Assembly: GCF_001194135.2 (NCBI RefSeq)
Contig: NC_068997.1
Span: forward strand, 17,111,044 to 17,175,043
Direction: 5' to 3'
Source of the DNA: Octopus bimaculoides
Taxonomy: Eukaryota
DNA length: 64,000 bases
A program made the translations under genes and the position numbers. Of the stretch, positions 41,051 through 53,615 are shown piece by piece; position 1 is the first letter of the stretch; each line of letters begins with the position of its first letter. Below the pieces are notes generated by a model. The model was given only the letters and a program-made list of their open reading frames with translations. It was not told where the DNA came from and did no database searches.

Positions 41051-41644
41051 NNNNNNNNNNNNNNNNNNNNNNNNNNNNNNNNNNNNNNNNNNNNNNNNNN
41101 NNNNNNNNNNNNNNNNNNNNNNNNNNNNNNNNNNNNNNNNNNNNNNNNNNNNNNNNNNNNNNNNNNNNNNNNNNNNNNNNNNNNNNNNNNNNNNNNNNNN
41201 NNNNNNNNNNNNNNNNNNNNNNNNNNNNNNNNNNNNNNNNNNNNNNNNNNNNNNNNNNNNNNNNNNNNNNNNTATATATATATTTATATATATATATATA
41301 TATCTATATATATATATATATACACACATGTATATTTATGTATAGTTATACATATACACTTACATAAATGTAAGTATATATATGCATGTATATATATGCT
41401 TGTATGTGCATATACATGTATGTATGTCTGTCTACTACATTCCTACACACACATATACATATGTATATATGCGCAGTTACTTCAATATATATAAGTAGAA
41501 CTAAATGGACATATACATTAATAAATTCACACATACACACATATGCGCTCATGTTGGTATATTCATACATGCAAGCATACATACTTACAGACGTACGTAC
41601 ATCATACATGTATGTATATATATATACAAATATATATATATGTG

Positions 41645-41707
<63 letters not shown>

Positions 41708-42474
41708 TTACGTGTACATCGTATATGGTACAGGTACATAAACCAAAGAGAAATGTAAGTGCATCGAGGCATTCTTTCATACTTACGGATATAACTGTAA
41801 TTATATAATTTCAATTGTTTCTACTTACTTTCTTTGTTCCATTTTCTTTATTCATTTACATTTGTATTTATTCAATTATTCATCTGTATATTTATATATT
41901 TGATTTGCTTCAACTCAGCTTCCATTTACCGTAGAGGAAGGATATGCAAGGCATCTATATATTAGTATATTTGTATATGTATACATGTATGTATATATAT
42001 GTATATATGACGTTATATGATTTCTGTTTGTGGGTGTGAGTTACAAATGAATGTATGGAATATTGTCTATATGTCCACAATTGTAACTATATCTGTGTAT
42101 ACATGTATTGAGCTGTATGTCACACATACGTAGTTGTACTACAAACACAAATACACTGTTATGTTACATGTACATCTCTATACTTACGTATATTACACAC
42201 ACGCATAAATACATAAATACACATATATATTCCACTCATTAAATTGCTCGAGATATCGGTAGCATTTAAATGCCTCTGGGTCATCTTCCTTCACAACGTA
42301 GTTATATTCCAGTTGATAACACATTATATATATATGCATATTCACACATTCAACTACCCCCTCTCTCTCTCGTTCTCTCTCTCTCTCATTCTCTCTCTCT
42401 TTCTCTCTCTCTATCTTTGTCTCTCTTACTATATATATGTATTACACCTATCAATTTATGCATCTACTTGTCTC

Positions 42475-42640
42475 TACTACAGGCACAAGACCAGCCTTTC
42501 TGAGAGAATTCAACTTGATGCCATCAACCCCAGTACTTTACTGTAATCTCATTTTAACGACCATGGATGGATGGAAATCTAGATTAACTTCAGTGATATT
42601 TGAACTCAGAACATGAAGAGTCATAACAGATGCCTATTGT
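42475..42640 (-). mobile_element. Old SINE family B
   Basis: ggcacaagacc tail, catcaaccccagtact, atttgaactcagaac (B box). Confidence 0.65.
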
Positions 42641-43029
42641 TATTTTGTGGTATCCTCTTACGATTCATACAATTTAAACTTATCGTATAATGTCATGTTA
42701 TATTTTCTCTTGCTATGCTTCATAGTGTTCTCGCTAAAGTAACATGCTATATCACACGTTGCAAGACTTCTCCTGAAGACTGCAATGGGATAAATATCCA
42801 ATGAAATGATACTGTGAATGTTACGTTAATCATTTCGTTTGTAAGCAAAAATGGCGTTCATTTTCAGCTTCGACCGAAAGCGTTTGTAAGGGCGCAAGAG
42901 AAAAGAAAATGGACATTTACCTGTACGTTGGATCAGCAAATACATAGCAATCAACAAGAATATTTGCATTGGTAAAATATTTCTTAGGTAACATATTTGA
43001 AAGGAAATGAATACAATGCCCGATCAGGT

Positions 43030-43194
43030 TGTCATGTGACAACTTGCTGGGGCTACTTGCTGGAGCCTAGCAGCGGGAAGTTTAGACAGTGTCATGTGAC
43101 AACTTGCTGGTGCTGCCTACTGGACCCTAGCAGCGGGAAATTTAGACAGTGTCACGTGACAACTAGCTGGGGCTGCCTGCTGTAGCCTAGCAGC
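43030..43194. repeat. 2.75 copies of a 60-bp tandem repeat
   Basis: Units start at 43030, 43090 and 43150 with tgtca(t/c)gtgacaact.gctgg...cctagcagc. Confidence 0.95.
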
Positions 43195-43197
43195 AGA

Positions 43198-43230
43198 TAT
43201 AAAAAGGGGAACTTGACATGACGATCAGTC
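43198..43230 (+). promoter_or_regulatory. TATA box + initiator
   Basis: TATAAAA at 43198 and TCAGT at 43225; the Inr A is 29 nt downstream of the first T of the TATA box. Confidence 0.55.
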
Positions 43231-43454
43231 GGACGCTGACACTCGTTGATGCTGCATCGAAGAGGCCAGGGAATAGAAGAAAGAAGACATACACCCAACA
43301 CCAGAGCTGAAGACACCTCCGAAAGGAGGGGCCCCGCCACGTCAAAACGGTAGAGGAGTAGGGGCCGAAACCGGACGTGGTTCCTCCTGATGATGTCTTG
43401 AGCTAACTGGATCCTATAAAGGAGCTGTTGTGGTAGCAGACCACGAAACATGGT

Positions 43455-44005
43455 TGAAATTCCTCAGGTGGAAGGATTCTGAGGACTACATGCGGAAACC
43501 CTGCAAAGCCATTGATCCCCTGACCACTAAGTCATTTATCCTTCCTTCTTAGTTTACTCAGAGTAGACCCGTTGAGTACTCAAAGCAAACCCGTTCACTC
43601 GGGCCATCTTTGCTACATTCACCTATATTTTAAGAAATCAGTTGAAAGACAGCAATTCCTTCGCCACCCAAACTTTCCTTTCCAGGTCAAATTCGAAAAG
43701 GTTGATGAGGTTTTGACCAAAGCTGAAGGTATCTGACTTCACCCAATTCTATCTAGTCTATCACACAACCTGTCCTTTCCGCCCTCGCAAAAGCGGAAGA
43801 GTATATACCCCAGCCTGATAAAAGATGAAATACTGAAAGGCACGACGGGCAGGCGGTAGTATATGACAGAATCGATGTATTCGTTCGCCAACTCTAGCTG
43901 GCCTCTCAGCTCATTTCTAGGTGAGATTGGCTATCTTGCTCGTTCACCTCGTTGCTGTTCTTCTCCACCTTGATGTCCGCACCAACTCAGACCCCAAGGA
44001 GTTAG
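43455..44005 (-). mobile_element. Tx1/L1-clade LINE fragment (copy C) with ~700-bp internal deletion
   Basis: LLGV*VGADIKVEKN..., RGQLELANEYIDSVIYYRLPVVPF...ILFRF, then V**TR*NWVKSDTFSFGQNLINLFEFDLERKVWV...*VNVAKMARVNGFALS; homologous to copy A. Confidence 0.8.
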
Positions 44006-44432
44006 GGGTTGTGTTAAAGATGGGGCTATGATCTTTATAGTACTGGTATAGCTGCTGTTGGTCAAAATATATATTGTTGAAACTCTGTGTACAATTTATT
44101 CAAAATAAAATCGCTATATCCATGCATAGATACCTAAATAGACTGGCAGATACATATACACATATACATATGTCTATATTTATAAGCACAGACACTCGGA
44201 CAAAACCATTTATTCCAAAGACATGAATTGTCGTTGCTATTTCAAATTTTCCGACGTTGCTTTAGTTTGCAAATCCTACGTTTGTAATTCTAAACCCACT
44301 GCTTACATATATATCAATCAATCAATCTGTCTGTCTGTCTGTCTGTTTATTGATCGAGCGATCTCTTTACTTATCTATATCTCCATACATATCTCCATAA
44401 ATTCATACACATACTCACACACTTATATGAGC

Positions 44433-44521
<89 letters not shown>

Positions 44522-44699
44522 TATATATATATACATATATATATATGCATATATATGAACATATATACATATATATGCATGTATATATGTATGTATATAT
44601 AAATACATATATATGTATATATATACATATACCTATACATGCACATATATATATATATACGCATATCAATGAGTGTGTGTGTGTGTATGTGTGTATACC

Positions 44700-44835
44700 C
44701 GACGGGGTTTTGCGCCATTCCATTTACCCAATTCGGTAACAAGGCATTACTCGATTCAGGTTTATGATAGATGATTGGGACTGGACACTTGATCGTGAAA
44801 CAATCTTCATGATCACACAGCCGCGCCTTCGTCTA
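44700..44835 (-). mobile_element. Old SINE family A head, internally deleted
   Basis: cgacgggg...acccaattc...acaaggc...gggactggac...cacacagccgcgcct. Confidence 0.55.
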
Positions 44836-44877
44836 TACACACTGGCACACACGTGTACGCACCCAATCACACATAGA

Positions 44878-44981
<104 letters not shown>

Positions 44982-45429
44982 ATATGTATATAGATAGACA
45001 TAGATATATGTATGTATATACAAAAATGTAAATGTAAGGCATATTTATAATCATGCGTATCATACCCTTATAGGTACCTAAATTTAACTTAGAATACACT
45101 ATTTTATCAATTTTATAGAGTCGTATCAAGCACAGACATTATTCCATACACGATGACGTTTAATGTAATAACCTGCATACCTAGCAAGGTTTGCTTCACC
45201 TCCTCCAGTCAAAATTTCATTGAATTCCGCTAGTGCAGCATTTGAAACGGATTAACACTCCCCATTTATTAGATTAATCGAAATTAATATTATTTTATTG
45301 TCCACCATTCACATCCTCGCAATTCATCTTCTTAAATATTTGCATTGATTTCTTTCTTTCCTTTTTTTCTTTCATTTTTCATCTCCTTCAAATTTCTATC
45401 AGATTTCCTCGAATTCATGGATTACGGCT

Positions 45430-45600
45430 ATATCCTTTGAATAACAATTGTATAAATCCTCTCAACGGTATTATATCCTATTACAATCGATTTTTATCAA
45501 AGCTCTCGATGGCGTTTGTCATCTGTTAGATTCATATCTTTAAAACGGGTTTAATGTTGTTAAATTCTGTTAATAATTGTTTCTCTAAACTGTTTCGATG
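45430..45600 (-). mobile_element. Possible Penelope RT N-terminal relic
   Basis: NLTDDKRHREL**KSIVIG...IVI resembles PLE NLxxxExxALxxLxxDKSIVIxxADKG; heavily decayed. Confidence 0.3.
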
Positions 45601-46564
45601 TTATTCTAATCTGTTAATGTCCTATTTCTTCCGTTTTCACTCTTTATTTATTTATTTCTATTGGAAAATCTCTCCCTGTGGTGTATGGTATCAGTTTGAT
45701 ATCACAAAACAAATTATTTCTATTTGATTTGGGATATCTTTATTCGAAACATGATCAAAAGCTTAAATTAGTGTTGAGTATGATTCTTCATATACACACG
45801 TGTACACATATATACGCACACACATATACACACGTACCTTCATTCATACAAAAATACATACAAACATACCATACGCACGTACGTTACATAGACGCAAACA
45901 CATGTGTGCATGCCTCTAGAAAACACTAAAATAGTATGCATGAATGCATATATATATATACGCGCACATATAATTTCTACAGATGTATAAACATACACAC
46001 ATTTATATGTATTACTTTTCTTCCGTTACGTTAAAAAAATATTGCATTTATATTTTTTCAAAATGAACGATAAGGCAGATCAAAGAAAGGACATGAAATA
46101 GAATTATATATTTATATGCAATACGTATGCATCATTAGATATTTGTTTGTATATATATGAATGTGTGCAGCCAGCGTAGACTGGCATTATGGCAGACATA
46201 TCTCGGAGAGACAAGTTCGATTGCTGTTTGAGATGATGGACATAAACAACAATGCGCAAAATGCTGGCCAATATGAGATTGGTTCTTATTAGAATCATGT
46301 TTATTATTGTTTCCCGCAGACACAAGAATGCCAACGGTATTCTTCCCATTTCATGTATGTACGTAAGTCTGTGTGTATCTATGGAATATTCCTTGTCAGC
46401 GAAAGAGTTAAAATACTATATCATAGAGCTTATATTTAGTTTTATTCGACGCATGCAAGTTTTACAAGATAACAAACATTAACAGAAGAGATAAAAGAGA
46501 AGATATCACACATTTTAATTTGCACTTTTAGTTTATTTCCCACAAAAAGAAAAAAAAAATATCG

Positions 46565-46632
46565 TTTCTAACATAGACACAAGGCCATAATTTTGCAAAT
46601 CGATTAAATCGACTCACGTATTTGACTGGTTC
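46565..46632 (-). mobile_element. SINE family B 3' fragment
   Basis: tttctaacatagacacaaggcc...tcgattaaatcgac...gactggt. Confidence 0.6.
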
Positions 46633-47620
46633 AGACATTCTCCGATAGACTGAAAGTCGTCCATCTACTCCTCCCCATTCTATTGATCTACTCCTCTCAT
46701 CAAGTTGACGTAGTCGAAAAAACATTTGTTTGCTCAATCACTTCTAATACCCGGATTTAGGTGACCCTCGACTACCATTTCAGGAACAGTGATTGATGAT
46801 AACAAACAAATAGGGCTTGCTTTCGTTGTTGTTACCTCAGCCACTCTCAGTTACATTCTCCTCACGTTTCTACTTCTTAAGGGCAAAAATGTCTCATGTT
46901 GTTTTTATTACAACAGATGTGGTTTCATTTTGTCACTTTGCATTTCGCCACTTTGAATCTACCTCCATAAATATATATTTTATTATATGATCCCATATAG
47001 ATTGCTTAACAAAAAAAAAAAAAAGAAAAGAAAAGAAAGAAAGAAAGAAAATTAAAATTAAAATTCAAGGAAGCCATAGTTGCAATACTTTTCTGATCAC
47101 ACATCTGAATCAGTAGAGCTACCATGAGGCTTAAAAACAGCAAAACTGCAAGAAACGCAATCGCAAAACAGTTTATTTTAAAACATTTACTGGTCCTTTG
47201 CTCGATATTTGTTATTCCAGTCGCTCTTGTTCTCAGATTTAAATTTATTTTACGTTGCATATTTCCGTAGAACAAATTTTCTCAGCTTGCTTTTCTCAGA
47301 AGAGAAACTTTCCAGAAGACCCCATTCGGCATACTTGTCCCTCACCCTCGACTGCTGGTTAATCTGTAATCATTTATATCATACGTCAACGGAACTAATC
47401 TGTCTCAGTCATCGCTGATTGCTCTCTGCCCTTCCACACATAACAGCAAACAGGAACAAAATAGGTTAAAGGCACACCCATTGTTTCTTCAAGTGAATAA
47501 CAACAACAACAACTACACCATCATCAACAACGACAACAACTGCTACTGTGACAATCATTATACTGATTATGATGATGATGATGATGACGATGACGGCGAT
47601 GATGATGATGAGGAGGGGGG

Positions 47621-48893
47621 ATTTCTTTATTAACCACGGGGGTTTACATTAAGAAAAGCATTATGGACAGTATGTGTGTGAGTGTATGTTGTGGGGGTTT
47701 TGCGTGTAAACAAAACTAACAAAATTAAAACAGAAATCAACAATGTGTGATCCTCAACAGGGAGGAGACGTTCAAGGACTGCTCATGGAAAAATCTCATA
47801 AAACTATGTGTACCCTAATTTGGTGGGGCAGGTGTCCCTGTTCCTTTCCCTTTTTCCAACTACAGGCATATGCTCAGGACAGGCCCGTTCACTTGTACCA
47901 TTATCGCAACTTTCATTCATCTTTCAGTAAACTGGCTAGAAGACAACACTTCCCTCTCTACTCTTATTTTTCTCTACAAGTGAATCTTAAAGAAGCTGAT
48001 CAGAGATTGACCGAAGAGAAAAGTGTTTGTCTTCAGCCCCTTCAATCTCGTCTACCATGCAACTTCTTTGGCCATGGCCATCAGGCACATAAACTTAGCC
48101 TTTTCTTCCCGGTAAATGAAGGAAGCGGCGCGATCTTCGCCATGGATTCAGTTGATAGCCGGATCCGTCCCACACGCGACAGCAGGTGTTCGATATAAAC
48201 CCACAGGTCAGTATGCTCGCGCATTGGACAAGTGCAGACAGGACCGTCTCGTCGTCTAGTGTGCATCTCGCACATGCCCGGTTGACGGCACTTCTGTACC
48301 TGTAAAGTCTCTCTCGAACAAGCGAAACTCCCCGGTAGCACTACCGGGCTAGAGATTTTTGGCAATTATCCATCGGTCCCGGAACGAACGTTCTCCGGAA
48401 AAGAGTGGCTAGCTGATGTTCTTCGACGCCCAAGGTCTCCCGAAGAAAGTCGTCGCACCTTCCTTCCACTAATTCTCTACAAAAAGCTAAATTGGACGTT
48501 CCACCTATCGCAGTGTCAGATTGGCCGAGGGCTGTGAGCGCTGGAAGACATTCCACTTTCCAAATGCTCCCCTGGGTCTCTGTTTTACCCAGGACTATAG
48601 CTCCATTTTAGAAACTAACTGCAGAAATACGTATCTGGCGAACGGTGATCACACTTGTTCACCGTCAAGGAAGCACTGTAGATGTCGTAGCTTCAGCACA
48701 TGTCTGCGCATGCCCAAGTCGACACGCAGCGCTGTTGACAGCAGATATACCGCCTAACCATTGGGTCTCGTCCCTTCCAAACGAAGCGGAAGAGTGTATG
48801 ATCCAACGTAATGAGAGAGTGGCCGGGACAAGGTACGATGGTCAAGTGATATATGACGGTCGAGATATACACGTTAGCCAACTCTGCTAAACA
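47621..48893 (-). mobile_element. 5'-truncated Tx1/L1-clade LINE (copy A): post-RT ORF2, zinc-knuckle region and 3' UTR
   Basis: Frameshifted ANVYISTVIYH.LTIVPCP...LFRFVWKGRDPMVRRYICC, MRRHVLKLRHL, LVEGRCDD...FRRTF.PGPMDN, CxxC..DETVLHALVQC (zf-RVT-like), DLWVYIEHLLSRVGRI and VNGPVLSICL*. 3' end ...gtggttaataaagaaat, followed by (CAT)n. Confidence 0.9.
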
Positions 48894-49554
48894 ATATTGT
48901 TAATAATAGATCGTTTCTTTACAAATCACAAACGTTCGAAGAAACTCATAAAAAGACGTCAAATATGGGGTATATATATTATACTGTTAACATGAGCCAA
49001 CAGTGCACAATTAATTGAGAAACTTAGATGCATCATGAACCAGCGAGTGATCTTCTAATCGGTTGCTGGAGCTGTTAGCAATACCAGAACATTCTTTCCT
49101 TAAGCCGCACACAACGCTTTAAATATGTTAGGTCACATTAGGAATGTGTAAATAAAAAGAAAAAAAGAATGCGATAATCAGAGCATGTTGATCGTACATA
49201 GTTATTAATACATAGTTATCAGGACTAATTGGGGATAATCAATAACTATGAATTCATCACATCGATTAGTTTCTAATTTAATGTTTCTGAGTTTAAATCA
49301 AACACATACTGAAATTACCTTATATTTAGGCGTTATTTTAACCCTCGGAGAAAATAATGGTTACAGATTTGAAGTAATATTTTATACTTGGCGTCCAAAA
49401 GTATATTCTAGAACATCTTTAAACCCGTATACAGGCAAGAATCGACAAGATGATCGACGAAAAATACATTAGAAAACGTACCATCCTTCAACTAATGGTA
49501 CACACGATAGAATCTTCTATATGTAAAATAGTGTTTTGTATTATATCGATTTCA

Positions 49555-49748
49555 AATTTTAAGACAAGGCCAGCAATTTAGGGAGAGAGAGGAATTAGAC
49601 TACATAGACTCCAGTGCTCAACTGGTACATATTTCATCGCCCCCAAAAGGATGAAAGGTAAAGTTGACCTCGGTGGCATTTGAACTCAGAACGTAAAGAT
49701 TGAAGAAATGCCGCTAAGCATTTTCCCCGTCGTGCTAACGATACTGCC
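49555..49748 (-). mobile_element. SINE family B, near full-length
   Basis: Matches 39345-39500 (aaaggatgaaagg.aaagt.gacctcgg...tttgaactcagaacgta...ccgctaagcattt...gtgctaacg). Confidence 0.88.
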
Positions 49749-49914
49749 TGTGTTGTAAAATGTCATTATATGGAAACTCTTATGCAACATGTTTAAAATG
49801 TAAAAGCAGCAACCAATGGAGATGAATTATATAAAGTCAAATATTTTGGAAATTCTGGAGCATGTAGAGGAAGCAAATGGTAACGGAATGTGGATAAAGC
49901 TAGCTGAGGAAAGT

Positions 49915-49953
49915 AGCGGACATGTTTCGGTTCTATTAGACATCGTCAGTGAA
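49915..49953 (-). ncRNA. Minimal type I hammerhead ribozyme relic (Penelope type)
   Basis: Minus strand CTGACGA-T-GTCT-AAT-AGA-ACC-GAA-ACATGT-C: intact core boxes, palindromic stem III, GUC triplet. Stems I and II are eroded. Confidence 0.6.
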
Positions 49954-50294
49954 GAATACTCTACTCAGAAGTCAATTTTAAAAATGATTAACATCTATAA
50001 AATTTGAAGCAACGTAATGGTACTATATCCATAGAAACAGAAGCTGCACACAAGCACACATCCACAAACATAGATGCGCTCAAACGCACAAATACACAAG
50101 ACATGTTTGTCTCCACAGCAATTGAATGTTGCATAATGGTCTGTCTTCGCTGTATGTACATTACAGCGCAGTTTTCACATACGCACACACACACACACTC
50201 TCTTTCTTTCTCTCTCTCTCTCTCTCAGTCCCTTTCTTTCTAACTTTCATCCATATTTACACATATTCGTAGGAGTGAACACATACACATACAC

Positions 50295-50361
<67 letters not shown>

Positions 50362-50527
50362 CAAAACACATACTTTCGAAAACATTTAACTCACTTCTTT
50401 TCCCCCGAAAATCTTTTTGTTAAAAAAAAAAACAATTAAGAAAAGGCAAAAAGTAACGTCGAAAATCGTATGAATATAAAGCTCACAGAGATATAAATAC
50501 TTGCTAAATCCTAAGTTAAGAATCAAG

Positions 50528-50566
50528 ATGATAATAATAATAATAACGATAATAATAATGATGATG

Positions 50567-50621
<55 letters not shown>

Positions 50622-50646
50622 TGATGATAAAAACAATAATAATAAT
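50528..50646. repeat. (TAA/TGA)n microsatellite
   Basis: Direct. Confidence 0.95.
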
Positions 50647-51155
50647 TTATAAATATGAAGATAAGTATATGTTTGTGCGCATATACATTCATGTATATAA
50701 GCTCTTGCGTATTTGCGCCTACATATGGGCTGACCTCTGCATGTGTGTGTGTGTGTGTGTGTGTATGCGTGTGTGATTGTGCGCATGTTTGTGTGTGTGT
50801 GTGCGTGCGCGCAGGCATGCATACAGGCGCGCGTGAATGTGTGCGTGTGTGTGTGGGTGTGGCTCTGTTATGATGCACGTGTGCCCTGTAACGGTGGCGA
50901 TGGTGGTGTCACCCAACCCCCATCTCTTGCCATTGTTTTAGGACACGAGCTATCTAGAGCCTGTGGGGTAAAAAGGGTTTAAGCTTTGATGCTTTTGTGG
51001 AAAGGGAGGGATTGTCATTCACGCTGAGGAATCATGTATTCATGTGTGTATGTATGAATGAACGTGTGTACGTGTCGCTCTTTGTATGTGTGTTTGCGAC
51101 TAAATGTGTATATGAAATACATGTGCTCTCTCTCACTCGCTGACACAAATACACG

Positions 51156-51226
<71 letters not shown>

Positions 51227-52063
51227 TCAGCATACGTGTGCATATATGTGGATTAATCTAGCTCCATGTAATACACCAGACGATAGAAATGTATGGGATT
51301 CTCTAAGATTTATAAATGAACTTACAGGGCACACACCTATATATGTGTATGTGTAATGTGATATATACATATACATACACATATGTGTGTGCATGTATAT
51401 ATGTGTGTGTTTAAATGTATAATACACGCATACTCGTAAAGAACATACAAGAACGTGCATTTAATGGAATCGTTATTGATATTCATAATATTGATGATAT
51501 TTCTACCGTTGTTGTGTCTGTAATTGTTATCGATATAATCTTTTACATTAATTGTTTCGTTGTTGTTATACTCTTTAGTCAGTATAAACATATACAATAC
51601 ACAGTTTCTCATGTTGTTATATATTTTTTGTTGTTTTAATAACCATAGTTGTTGGTGGTTTAATCTTTCAGGATATTCGTGTGTTAGTTTGCTTTGCTGT
51701 TCTTTAGCTTTAACTCAAATTTGAATTCATTGACTTACGATCAAAAACTTTCCAGGCGTAGGAATCCGATCATCGAATCAATGGAACATCGGGGTTACAC
51801 CAACATTTCAACTCTAAATATAACCACAAACTTTCCACTCTATATACAAAGTATGGAAAGCTGAAACAGGACTAAATTACATTGATTTGGTCAGTAAAAG
51901 CAAAGGTATATTGTATTGCTTCGAACGGGTTAGTTAACGTGCGAAATAGAAGTTAATGAAGTAACCTCCTTAATACTAAGAAAATCTGAAGAAATAAGGA
52001 GAAATAAAATGCGATAAAGTAAATTAATTAATAGAATAAATGTATAGAGAAAATAATAGACAC

Positions 52064-52221
52064 AGGAGTGGCTGTTTGGTAAGAAACTTGCTTCCCAAAC
52101 ACATGATTCCGGATTCAGCCCCACTGCGTGGTACCTTAGGCAAGTGTCTTTTACTAGAGCCTCGAGCCGACCAAAGCCTTGTGACTGGATTTGGTAGACG
52201 GAAACTGAAAGAAGTCCGTCG
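52064..52221 (+). mobile_element. SINE family A head (tRNA-derived)
   Basis: aggagtggctgtttggtaag (A box), ggattcagcccc (B-box-like), ...ggtagacggaaactgaaagaag; runs into (TA)n and a gap. Confidence 0.9.
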
Positions 52222-52225
52222 CATA

Positions 52226-52256
<31 letters not shown>

Positions 52257-52684
52257 NNNNNNNNNNNNNNNNNNNNNNNNNNNNNNNNNNNNNNNNNNNN
52301 NNNNNNNNNNNNNNNNNNNNNNNNNNNNNNNNNNNNNNNNNNNNNNNNNNNNNNNNNNCTTCCGATCTATATATATAAAGACATACACGCACACTGTGTG
52401 TGTATATTTAGAGTTGAATTTGATGGCGTAATCACATGATCTTCCGGTTATCTGATGAGTTAGGTTATTTTATTTGCACTAATTTGTAAATATATAATAT
52501 TTTATATTGCTGAGCATACATATTGATGCAAACATCGCGTAGTTTCTTCTATAGTGAAATTAATAATATACGAAGAAGGTTGCGAAACGGCCGTAACCCT
52601 TTCAAAGTCATGTGGTTAAATAAATATAAATTCTCCTCTTATGTTTAACCCCTTGTGGGTAATAAGGGAATATAGAGGTAATGT

Positions 52685-52890
52685 AAGGCAGTGAGCTAGC
52701 AGAGTCGTTAGCATTTCATCCCCGTCCGCCTTTATGTCCTGAGTTCAAATTCCGTCCAGGTAGACATTGCCTTTCATTCTAGCGGGGTCGATAAAATAAG
52801 TATTAGTTGAGTTCTCAGCTTGATGTAATCTAATCGACTTACCCGCTCTCCCGAAATGCTGATCTTGTGCAAAAAATTCAAATCATTATA
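52685..52890 (+). mobile_element. SINE family B, internally deleted
   Basis: aaggcagtgagctagcagagtcgttagc...ctgagttcaaattcc...gggtcgataaaataagta...aatcgactta. Confidence 0.85.
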
Positions 52891-53569
52891 AAGGTACGAT
52901 ATGGATATAGTAAGTGCACAACAGGAAATGATATTCCCATTTGGAATTTCCAAATTCTGGAAGCATTGTTTTGTACTACATAGACATAGAAGCCTTGCAG
53001 ATAGCGTTCTAACCAAGATTGTTGTTCTTTCTTAAGGATGCGTTGAGGATTTTGTTTATAAATTAGAAGCTAAACACGAGGTTAAATAGAAATTATGAAC
53101 TTTCAATTCAAATCTGCCTAATAGGCATGACAGGTTTACACTGACGTATTGGAAACTACTAGTTGACCATTAAACTATTCTACATTCTTTGACGCCGATG
53201 TTGATGAAATGAAAGGTGAAATGCGATAGGATTTGGTATGTGTATTGTCGCTCCAACTACCGTTAGAATGCAAAACCGGAGTGCAGATTTTGTAAGCCAT
53301 TTCTTGTTACGCTCTAACAATTTCACCATTTATCCCTCTGGGCTTGGACTAAGTTTATTGACTCGAAAGAAGGCAAAATAAAGTCTACAACAATAATTTA
53401 TCCGTCAACTGAAAAACGGCAAATTCTTGAAGACTATCCATAAGATATTCCGAAAGTTATTCGCATTATAATTGTGATGCGAAAGTCGACCAACTCATAC
53501 GGTACTGCAAGAAAGTTTCCATGAAACTCACGCCGACCAATTACGCCCAAACGTCACGTAAACATGCGA

Positions 53570-53615
<46 letters not shown>

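Larger units (their letters stand above)
43030..43450 (+). mobile_element. Putative solo LTR (421 bp)
   Basis: Starts TGT, ends ACA; flanks AGGT/TGGT (3/4 match as TSD); U3-like tandem repeats, TATA and Inr inside; no gag/pol adjacent. Confidence 0.6.

Noticed and set aside
42920-42981. Minus-strand MQIFLLIAMYLLIQRT|GTAAAT, like a signal-peptide exon
   Set aside because: Short, poor start context, no compatible downstream exon found.
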